A DNA stretch of 18,117 nucleotides, from NCBI GenBank assembly GCA_049472355.1, contig JBLIRP010000075.1:1-18117 (forward strand), read 5' to 3'. Under the pieces are notes generated by a model. That model searched no databases. It worked only from the letters and a program-made list of their open reading frames with translations, and was not told where the DNA came from. Origin of the DNA: a bacterium (GTDB lineage: Bacteria; SZUA-182; DTGQ01; JAFGSM01). This document shows positions 8,243 through 15,596 of this stretch, one piece after another. Both the position numbers and the translations under genes were made by a program. The first letter of the stretch is position 1; every line of letters starts with the position of its first letter.

Positions 8243-9018
8243 GCCTCCCTCCTTGTCTCATGGTTGCGATCGGTGATCGGTCCCCTGGCGCTTCCGGTGA
8301 TGAACTGGTAGACAACGGGATTGTTGGTTTCCTGGATCTCCTCCGGTGTACCCACCTGTATGATCTCCCCCTGATAGAGCATGGCAATGCGGTCTGCGAT
8401 CTTATAGGCGCTTTTCATGTCATGGGTAATGGCAAGGGAGGTGATGGTGAGTTGCTCCCTCATGCTCAGGATCAGCTCGTTGATGACGTCACCCATGATC
8501 GGATCGAGACCGGTAGTCGGCTCATCATACAGCATGATCTCCGGCTCCGTGGCGATCGCCCGGGCAAGGGCGACCCGCTTCTTCATACCCCCGCTCAATT
8601 CCGCGGGCATCAGATCCTCGATCCCTTCAAGACCCACCATGGCAAGTTTCTCCGTTACCCTCCGGCGTACCTCCTCCGTGGAAAGCCTGGTGTGCTGCAG
8701 GAGGCTGAACCCGACGTTCTCCCACACCGACAGGGAATCAAAGAGGGCCCCCGCCTGAAAGAGCATCCCGAATTTCTTTCTGAAGCTGTTAAGGTCTCGT
8801 CTCTTCATGTCGCTGATATACCTGCCGTCCACGCGGACCTTCCCCTTGTCCGGCCTGAGCAGGCCGATCACGTGCTTCATCAGCACGCTCTTCCCGCTCC
8901 CGCTCCCCCCGATCACCACCATGGATTCACCACGGGAGATGGCCAGATCGACCCCGCGCAGCACCTGGGTTGCATTGAAGGACTTATATACCCCTGTAAG
9001 TTCGATGAAGGGTTCCAT
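8239..9018 (-). CDS. mlaF: MlaF/Mkl family ABC transporter ATP-binding protein
   Basis: GGSGSGKS Walker A, LFQAGALFDSL, ELSGGMKKRVALARA, YDEPTTGLDP and ITHD. The ATG at 9018 is 8 nt after GGGAG (alternative GTG at 9027). Confidence 0.93.
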   Translation of the reverse strand: MEPFIELTGVYKSFNATQVLRGVDLAISRGESMVVIGGSGSGKSVLMKHVIGLLRPDKGKVRVDGRYISDMKRRDLNSFRKKFGMLFQAGALFDSLSVWENVGFSLLQHTRLSTEEVRRRVTEKLAMVGLEGIEDLMPAELSGGMKKRVALARAIATEPEIMLYDEPTTGLDPIMGDVINELILSMREQLTITSLAITHDMKSAYKIADRIAMLYQGEIIQVGTPEEIQETNNPVVYQFITGSARGPITDRNHETRREA

Positions 9019-9036
9019 TGCTTGCACTCCCTGCTC

Positions 9037-9840
9037 TCAAAAAAACAGCGCGGTCAATACATAGTCGGAGATAAGGATCAACATGGAAGAGAGCACCACC
9101 GAGCCCGTGGTCGCATTGCCCACCCCCTCCGCACCCCCTTCGGTGGCAAGCCCTTTATGGCACCCCACCGTGGAGATGATCAGTCCGAAGAAGCCGGATT
9201 TGAAGAGCCCTATGTAGATGTCCTTCCATTCCATGAAATCAAAGCTCCGTCGTATATAAATAACCGGGTTTGCGTGCAGCATCTTCACCGCCACCAGGTA
9301 TCCTCCGGCAATTCCGATACAATCCGCCAAAACGGTCAGTACCGGGAGCATGACGATCCCGGCGAGAATCCTGGGAACGATCAGGTAAGGGACCGGATCG
9401 ACCGCCAGGGTATAGAGGGCGTCGATCTGCTCGGTAACCTTCATGGTCCCCAGCTCCGCAGCCATTTCCGAACCGGCCCTGCCGGCCACGATCAGCCCGG
9501 TCAGGACCGGGCCGAGTTCCCGCACCATGGAGAGGGCAACCACCGTCCCCACCATGGTCTCCGCATTGAAGCGCTTGAACCCGATATAGCTCTGAAGGGC
9601 GAGCACCATGCCGGTGAATGTGGCGGTAATCAGGGTGACCGGCACCGAATGGACCCCCACCTCCTCCATCTGGGCAAGGGTCTCCCGCCATTTGAGGGGG
9701 CTTCGAAAGAGCCACGCCAGGGACTGCACCAGGAGCAGCAGGAGCCGTCCCGCCTCCTCCAGGCAAATGTAAAAAAACCTCCCTACCTGTTCCACAAGGG
9801 AGGCCCGCCCTCGCCGCTTACCCGGCACAGATGCTTCCAT
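9037..9840 (-). CDS. mlaE: MlaE family lipid ABC transporter permease
   Basis: VRELGPVLTGLIVAGRAGSEMAAELGTMKVTEQIDAL and GAEGVGNATTGSVV signatures. Confidence 0.95.
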   Translation of the reverse strand: MEASVPGKRRGRASLVEQVGRFFYICLEEAGRLLLLLVQSLAWLFRSPLKWRETLAQMEEVGVHSVPVTLITATFTGMVLALQSYIGFKRFNAETMVGTVVALSMVRELGPVLTGLIVAGRAGSEMAAELGTMKVTEQIDALYTLAVDPVPYLIVPRILAGIVMLPVLTVLADCIGIAGGYLVAVKMLHANPVIYIRRSFDFMEWKDIYIGLFKSGFFGLIISTVGCHKGLATEGGAEGVGNATTGSVVLSSMLILISDYVLTALFF

Positions 9841-11023
9841 TGGTTGTTATGCCCGCCCCTTCACTGTTTACCTTGCCTCCATGCGCCACCTCCCGTGCCC
9901 CCTCCTCCCTGCGATAAATCCTCTTGACCCGGGGGCCGACAGCGCAGAGCACCTCATAGGGGATGGTGTTCTGCCAGGCAGCCCAGTCATGGGCGGTGAT
10001 GCATTCACTCCCCTGATTCCCGATCAGCACGACCTCCTCCCCGATCCCGACCCCGTCGATTCCCGTGATATCCACCAGGCTCATATCCATGCACACCGTG
10101 CCGACCACCGGCGCCCTGACCCCCCTCACCAGCACGTGTATCTTTGTGGACATGCAACGGGCGAGGCCGTCGCTGTATCCGACGGGGATCACGGCGATCA
10201 CCTTGTCGGAGGGGCAGATGTAGGTGCGGCCGTAGCTGAGGCTGCTCCCCTTGGCCATTCGTTTTATATGAATGACTTTTGTCCGGAGGCTCATAATGGG
10301 ACGAATAGGCAATGCCTTCTGAAGTCCCGGCACGGGGGCGAGGCCGTACAGCATGATACCCACCCGCACCATGTCGAAATAGGTCTCGGGATGTTTCATC
10401 ACCGCGGCACTGTTGCCCATATGAACAAGCGGGGGGGGATTCACCAGCCCCTCCAGGGAACGGACGAGCCTGGTGAACCGCTCGATCTGGCACCGTGTGT
10501 ACGAGTGATCCGCATCCTCCGCAGTGGCAAGGTGGGTGAAGATCCCCTCGATGCTCAGATGCGGGAGGGCGTTGATTGCGGTGATGGCGTCGAGCGCGTC
10601 GTCGAGAGGAAATCCCAGGCGTCCCATGCCGGTGTCCACCTTTACGTGCGCCTTTGCATGCCGCCTGTTACGGACGGCCAATCGCGACAGGGCCTGTGCA
10701 GTGTCCAGGTCGGAAAGGGAAATGGTGAGGCCGGCCTCCAGGGCGCCCTCCAATTGATCGGGCAAGGTCCCCGACATGACCAGGATGGGGGATGTTATTC
10801 CGGCATCCCGGAGGTTGAGCCCCTCTTCCGGGTAGGCCACCCCGAGCATGTCCACGCCGAATTCTTCCAGGTGCGCACACAGGACCCCGGCGCCGTGACC
10901 GTAGGCATTCGCCTTCACCACCGCCAATAGCCGCCGGTGGGGGCCGATGCGCTCCCGTATGACCTGCAGGTTATGATACAGGGCCGAAAGATCGATGACC
11001 GCCCTGGTCGGATGGTCCGCCAT
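9818..11023 (-). CDS. alr: Alanine racemase
   Basis: PLP lysine motif AVVKANAYGHG, HVKVDTGMGRLG, VRVGIMLYG, SYG, PVGYSDG, GTVCMD and TIPYE. Start is ATG 11023, or TTG 11044 behind AAGGAGG. Confidence 0.96.
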   Translation of the reverse strand: MADHPTRAVIDLSALYHNLQVIRERIGPHRRLLAVVKANAYGHGAGVLCAHLEEFGVDMLGVAYPEEGLNLRDAGITSPILVMSGTLPDQLEGALEAGLTISLSDLDTAQALSRLAVRNRRHAKAHVKVDTGMGRLGFPLDDALDAITAINALPHLSIEGIFTHLATAEDADHSYTRCQIERFTRLVRSLEGLVNPPPLVHMGNSAAVMKHPETYFDMVRVGIMLYGLAPVPGLQKALPIRPIMSLRTKVIHIKRMAKGSSLSYGRTYICPSDKVIAVIPVGYSDGLARCMSTKIHVLVRGVRAPVVGTVCMDMSLVDITGIDGVGIGEEVVLIGNQGSECITAHDWAAWQNTIPYEVLCAVGPRVKRIYRREEGAREVAHGGKVNSEGAGITTNGSICAG

Positions 11024-11126
11024 GCCTATCCCGTTACGCTGCAATCCCCCCTCCTTTTCGCACGGAAACGCTTCTCTCCCGCTCACCGTAACCCAATGCC
11101 CGCAATGCAGTGAGAGATTACCGGAT

Positions 11127-11155
11127 ATGATAACCTTATATTATTCTATTCGCAA
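11127..11155 (-). promoter_or_regulatory. Sigma70-type promoter for the alr-mlaEFD-radA operon
   Basis: Minus strand TTGCGA-(17 nt, AT-rich)-TATCAT in the dnaB/alr gap. Confidence 0.6.
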
Positions 11156-11205
11156 CTTAGGGGATTTTGCATCACCCGGTGGTCGTCCGCACCGCCCGCA
11201 CCGTT

Positions 11206-12552
11206 TTATTGGACGTCCTCGCGGGCGAGATTTTCAAAACGGGTGTATTCCTTGAGAAAGGCCAGTTTTATGGTACCGATGGGGCCGTTTCGCTGCTTAC
11301 CTATGATGATCTCGGCGATTCCCGCCTCCTCGGTATCGGGGTGGTATACCTCGGGCCGGTAGATGAATGCGATCAGGTCCCCGTCCTGTTCGATGGCGCC
11401 CGATTCCCTCAGATCGGAAAGGATGGGGCGACGCTCGGTGCGTGACTCAACCGCCCGGCTCAACTGGGAGAGGGCGATAAGCGGGCAATCAAGCTCCTTG
11501 GCGGTCATCTTCAGGGAACGGGAGATCTCCGATATCTCCTGCTGACGGCTCTCGAATCGTCCGCTCCCCTGGATAAGCTGCATATAATCCACGACCACCA
11601 GCCCCAGGTCCTTCTCCCGCTTCAACCTGCGCGCCTTGGCCCTGATCTCCATGACCGTGGGGGATGCGGCGTCATCGATATAGAGAGGTGCCTCGGAGAT
11701 CTCCGCCGCACCCTTGATCAGTCGCTTCCAATCCCGTTCGGTGAGGAAACCGGTCCGCAGGTGGTGGGAATTAACCCTGGCATGGGAACAGAGCATCCTG
11801 AGCACGAGTTGTTCCTTTGCGGTTTCCAGGCTGAAGAACAGGGCGGGCCGATGCTCCGTAACGGCCACGTGGAGGGCGATGTTGAGGCAAAGGCTTGTCT
11901 TGCCCATGGAGGGGCGGGCGGCGATAATGACGAGATCCTGGTTCTGCAGTCCGGAGGTGAGCGCATCCAAATCCCTGAAACCCGTCGGGAGGCCGCTCAC
12001 CTTCCCCTTTTTTTCATACAGTTTTTCAATGATCTGGAAGCAATCGGTGATAATGTCCTTGATGGAGTAAATGCCGGGCCGGACCTTCTTCTCCGAAATA
12101 CCCTGGATCAAATCCTCTGCAACCCCGAGCAGGGAGTCGATCTCTTCGCCTTCCTCGTAGCCCCTGGTGGCGATTTGGGTTCCCGCCTGAATCATGCGCC
12201 TGGCAAGGGATTTTTCCTTGACCAGTCGTGCGTGGACCCTGATATTGGCAGCGGTGGGGGTCACCTCCAGGAGGTTGGTAAGGTAGGTGAGCCCTCCCGC
12301 CTGATCGAGCACCCCTTTGCCCTTGAGATCCTCCTTGAGGGTAACGAGGTCGACCTGTATGTTCTTCTCGTACAGGGAGAGGATGGAGCGAAAGATGTCC
12401 TGGTGGGCATGGAGATAGAAGTCCCCCGGTTCCAGGAGATCGACGACCTTGTTGATGGCCTCGGCATCAAGCAGCAGTGCCCCCAGGAAGAACCGTTCCG
12501 CCTCGAGGCTGTGGGGGGGTGTCTTGTCGAGCAGGATGCCCTCCGGATCCAC
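11206..12552 (-). CDS. dnaB: Replicative DNA helicase
   Basis: PPHSLEAE N-terminus, AARPSMGKT Walker A, VVDYMQL, LSQLSRAVE, DLRESGAIEQD and KQRNGP. No intein-sized insertion. Confidence 0.97.
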   Translation of the reverse strand: MDPEGILLDKTPPHSLEAERFFLGALLLDAEAINKVVDLLEPGDFYLHAHQDIFRSILSLYEKNIQVDLVTLKEDLKGKGVLDQAGGLTYLTNLLEVTPTAANIRVHARLVKEKSLARRMIQAGTQIATRGYEEGEEIDSLLGVAEDLIQGISEKKVRPGIYSIKDIITDCFQIIEKLYEKKGKVSGLPTGFRDLDALTSGLQNQDLVIIAARPSMGKTSLCLNIALHVAVTEHRPALFFSLETAKEQLVLRMLCSHARVNSHHLRTGFLTERDWKRLIKGAAEISEAPLYIDDAASPTVMEIRAKARRLKREKDLGLVVVDYMQLIQGSGRFESRQQEISEISRSLKMTAKELDCPLIALSQLSRAVESRTERRPILSDLRESGAIEQDGDLIAFIYRPEVYHPDTEEAGIAEIIIGKQRNGPIGTIKLAFLKEYTRFENLAREDVQ

Positions 12553-12563
12553 GCTGATGCCCC

Positions 12564-13007
12564 CTACTCCTTCACCACCCAGACCTTCAGATTTGCCGTT
12601 ACTTCCTGGTGAAGGCGGATGGGTACCGTATAGATGCCGAGGGATTTGATCGGCTCGTCAAGCATGATCCTCTTTCGTTCGACGGGCACCCCTTCATGCG
12701 CCAGGGCCTCCTCGATATCCATGCTGGTCACGGACCCGAAGAGACGATCACTCTCCCCTGCCTTACGTATAATGGTCAGCGAAAGGCTCTCGACGCTCCT
12801 GGCCAATTTTTCACAATCCCTCAGGTGTTTTTCCTTGATGGCCTGTTTGAGCCGCTGTTGATGCTCCAGCGCCTTGATGCTCTTCGCATCGGCCAGAACC
12901 GCCAGTTTCTTGGGCAGGAGATAGTTGCGCGCAAATCCGGGCGCCACGTTTATGAGATCCCCTGCCTGTCCCACTTTTTCAATATGTTGTTTCAATATAA
13001 CCTGCAT
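12564..13007 (-). CDS. rplI: 50S ribosomal protein L9
   Basis: MQVIL, VAPGFARNYLLP, LFGSVT and PIKSLG. Strong GAGGAGGGG RBS. Confidence 0.97.
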   Translation of the reverse strand: MQVILKQHIEKVGQAGDLINVAPGFARNYLLPKKLAVLADAKSIKALEHQQRLKQAIKEKHLRDCEKLARSVESLSLTIIRKAGESDRLFGSVTSMDIEEALAHEGVPVERKRIMLDEPIKSLGIYTVPIRLHQEVTANLKVWVVKE

Positions 13008-13031
13008 ATATCCCCTCCTCTGTTGAAAAGC

Positions 13032-13175
13032 CTACCCATCCATTGTGATGGAGAATACCCCGAACACCGGCGGGAGAATAATGATGGGGACCCAGAACAT
13101 ACCGACACCGAACAGGGTTGCAGCACGAATAATGAGCAGCGACTTCAAACGGTGGCATGAACCCTGCGCGACCAC
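13032..13175 (-). CDS. Putative 47-aa hydrophobic small ORF between rpsR and rplI (possible relic of a YybS/DUF2232 membrane-protein gene)
   Basis: Own translation: GTG...MVAQGSCHRLKSLLIIRAATLFGVGMFWVPIIILPPVFGVFSITMDG-TAG, with an AAAGGGA-like RBS upstream. It is below the length cutoff of the ORF track. Confidence 0.35.
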   Translation of the reverse strand: MVAQGSCHRLKSLLIIRAATLFGVGMFWVPIIILPPVFGVFSITMDG

Positions 13176-13229
13176 TATACGCGTCCCTTTACTCCTGCCG
13201 CAAACCGCACGATGTGTGTGTTGAAGACT

Positions 13230-13451
13230 CTATTCTGCGGTAAAGGGAAGCAGGGCAATGTTGCGGGACCGCTTGATCGCCCTGGTCATTTGTCTTTGGT
13301 GCTTGGCGCAGTTGCCGGAAATCCTCCGGGGGATGATCTTCCCGCGTTCCGTCATGAACGCCCTCAATCTCCTGACATCCTTATAGTCGATATGGGATGT
13401 CCTTGACTCACAGAACTTGCAAACCTTTTTTCGTCGATACTTCCCGATCAT
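13230..13451 (-). CDS. rpsR: 30S ribosomal protein S18 (zinc-binding C+ type)
   Basis: [39 protein letters not shown] and LLPF. Confidence 0.97.
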   Translation of the reverse strand: MIGKYRRKKVCKFCESRTSHIDYKDVRRLRAFMTERGKIIPRRISGNCAKHQRQMTRAIKRSRNIALLPFTAE

Positions 13452-13596
13452 TATTCTCCTCTCGTTGCACAGTTGAATGGTGGCAGGGACCCCTCGTGCA
13501 GAGGCACGGCGCCTGCATCACTCCCTGCCCGTTCGCCCCTCCCCGTGACGTTTTACGCAGGAACATCAAAGCAGGCGGCCGGTTGGCACCCCTCGC

Positions 13597-14001
13597 CTAA
13601 AAGGGTAGATTGGAACCTTCGTAGGTGTCGTCATCGGACGGCTGCTCCTGTACCGTCAGATCGCTCTCCGTCTTCCTCGGCAGGAATTGTATCGTGGAGG
13701 CGACGATCTTCAATTTGGATCGTTTTTTCCCCGCATCATCCTCCCAGCGATCCTGCCTCAGCCGTCCTTCAACAAAAACCCCGCTGCCCTTTGCCAGATA
13801 TTCGTTACACGTTTCAGCCTGTTTGTCCCACACCTCAACCTCAAAAAAATCGACCTCTTCCTTTTTATCCCCCTCTTTGGTGGTATACCTTCTGTTCACT
13901 GCAACGCCGAAACCGGCAACCGCGGTGCCGTTGGGCGTATACCGCAGCTCCGGGTCCCTGGTCAGGTTCCCCATCAAAAAAACCCTGTTCAGCCCCATCA
14001 T
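13597..14001 (-). CDS. ssb: Single-stranded DNA-binding protein
   Basis: LNRVFLMGNLTRDPELRYTPNG, VFVEGRL, and an acidic tail ending in LPF. ATGA overlap with the rpsF stop. Confidence 0.97.
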   Translation of the reverse strand: MMGLNRVFLMGNLTRDPELRYTPNGTAVAGFGVAVNRRYTTKEGDKKEEVDFFEVEVWDKQAETCNEYLAKGSGVFVEGRLRQDRWEDDAGKKRSKLKIVASTIQFLPRKTESDLTVQEQPSDDDTYEGSNLPF

Positions 14002-14345
14002 AGGACAACCTCCTCCCTATTCTCCGCGGAATAGGATCGCGATAAAGACGGATCAAGTTTTTCGGAGAGGGCGATGGTCATATAGCGGATGATCCCTTCC
14101 ATAAACCTCAAATTCCTTTCAATCTCCTTTAAGAGGCGGGTTTCTCCGGAAAATTGCACCAGCAGGTAGAAACCCTTTTTGGTTTTCTTGATCTCGTAAG
14201 CCAGTCTCCTTTTTCCCCATTTATCAACCCCGCTGACCTCTCCTCCCTCCTTCTTGATCACCTGGGTTATTCGATCGACGACCTTCTCGAGATCCTCTTC
14301 AGAGATTTCTGCGTTAAGAATGACGAGTAATTCATATCTACGCAT
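13998..14345 (-). CDS. rpsF: 30S ribosomal protein S6
   Basis: MRRYELLVIL, WGKRRLAYEIKK..KGFY and IIRYM. Start ATG 14345 (or GTG 14351). Confidence 0.97.
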   Translation of the reverse strand: MRRYELLVILNAEISEEDLEKVVDRITQVIKKEGGEVSGVDKWGKRRLAYEIKKTKKGFYLLVQFSGETRLLKEIERNLRFMEGIIRYMTIALSEKLDPSLSRSYSAENREEVVL

Positions 14346-14663
14346 TCCCACCTCGCTCCTTTCGCACCGTTAATCATTGCAGCAACTATGGATACAACCT
14401 TCCCCTTGCCGTGTAGTATTTCATATGAACGTAATTGATTAATTATTCGTTTTTATGAACTTTCATCCCTCGCTGCGATCGAAGGATCATGGGTGTCAGG
14501 GATCCATTCAGGATTAAATGATAAATTAAAATTTTAACATGCCTGATAATAAAGTTCAACAGGGTGACGACACACGCAGCATTTCTAATTTTGAAGCCTT
14601 GGACTAAGCATGCGGGCGCCTGTGACCGGCCTGGACAAGGCGGTATCCAAATCGGCATTCCTG

Positions 14664-15281
14664 TCACATGCGACAATTTCTACCTGTGTCCCCGACAATT
14701 TGGTCGAAGACTCCATTGACCGCCCTCTCGGTCATGTGACGTGATCCGCTGTTATCGATAATAAAATCAGCATGTCGGGTCTTCACCCACTCCGGCCACT
14801 GCAACCCTCTGCGAAGGCGAAACTGTTCGGGGTCCATGATGCCCCGCCGTAACATCCGCTCCCTGCACACATCACCGCGCGCCCTCACCAGCACGATCAG
14901 GTCGAACATCCCCTCCCATCCCGCCTCCAGGATCTGCGAGCCGTCAAGGATAAACATCACCGCGTGCAGGTGTTTCGCCCGTGCCATGGCCTGCGTTACC
15001 TCATGCTTGAGAAGAGGATAGAGGATATCCACAAGGCGATTCAACGCATCCCGGTCTTTGAACACTATCGAGGCGAGCCTCTTTCTATCGATTCTCCCCT
15101 CGCCGGTGCACACGGCATCCCCCCATATGGACGAAACCGGTTTACAGGCCGGCCCCTGGGGCATGAGAAGGTGATGGATAATCCGGTCGGCCTCCACCAC
15201 CCATGCCCCCCGGTAGGAAAACATACGGGCTACGGTGGTCTTCCCGGCACCGATGCCCCCGGTCAGGCCGACACATGTCAT
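14664..15281 (-). CDS. coaE: Dephospho-CoA kinase
   Basis: VGLTGGIGAGKTTV Walker A, ADRI, GRIDRKRLASIVF and ADFIIDNSG. The start is uncertain (15281 or 15293). Confidence 0.9.
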   Translation of the reverse strand: MTCVGLTGGIGAGKTTVARMFSYRGAWVVEADRIIHHLLMPQGPACKPVSSIWGDAVCTGEGRIDRKRLASIVFKDRDALNRLVDILYPLLKHEVTQAMARAKHLHAVMFILDGSQILEAGWEGMFDLIVLVRARGDVCRERMLRRGIMDPEQFRLRRGLQWPEWVKTRHADFIIDNSGSRHMTERAVNGVFDQIVGDTGRNCRM

Positions 15282-15343
15282 GTCCGGTCCCATCCCGGAC
15301 GCCCCGGAGGTAATCACCGGGGAGTCTCTTCCACGGCATCGTA

Positions 15344-15372
15344 TTGACACAACGTCGGTTTTTGTTTATAAT
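15344..15372 (+). promoter_or_regulatory. Perfect-consensus sigma70 promoter upstream of the foldase gene
   Basis: TTGACA (15344-15349), 17-nt spacer, TATAAT (15367-15372). A second candidate extended -10, TGGTACAAT, is at 15405-15413. Confidence 0.8.
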
Positions 15373-15596
15373 TTCTTTTTATTGATTTAAAAGGTGTTCT
15401 CTTCTGGTACAATATTTGCATCCTACTTGTGGAACTTAAGCGCCCCGTCAATGTATATGCATATGACCATACACGTGCGAGGAAACGAAAAAGGCGCGAA
15501 TAATGGCCCTTTCATTGTAATCGAAAGGGCAACCGGGTACAAGACGATCATTTTCACTACATGGACTGTCAATACTTGAAAGGAGGTCCCTCTATT

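Noticed and set aside
8260..9927. 555-aa plus-strand ORF, and other long antisense ORFs (2484-3272, 7253-8311, 9881-10930, 11761-12612)
   Set aside because: They are antisense to well-conserved genes in GC-rich DNA and have no recognisable motifs.
11206..12552. Intein in DnaB
   Set aside because: 448 aa is a normal length and the motifs are contiguous.
12564..14001. Amber (TAG) reassignment or pyrrolysine recoding
   Set aside because: The TAG codons fall at the expected C-termini of L9, S18 and SSB, and no gene needs an internal TAG read as sense.
14346..14663. S6:S18 autoregulatory leader or replication origin in the AT-rich gap before rpsF
   Set aside because: I found no clear anti-SD stem with the CCG motif and no TTATCCACA-type DnaA boxes. 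Only a short palindrome (ttcatatgaa) is present.
15470..15545. c-di-GMP or other known riboswitch in the foldase leader
   Set aside because: GGAAAC and GAAA fragments are present, but the conserved GGCAAAC/CGCAAAGC or pseudoknot elements are not.
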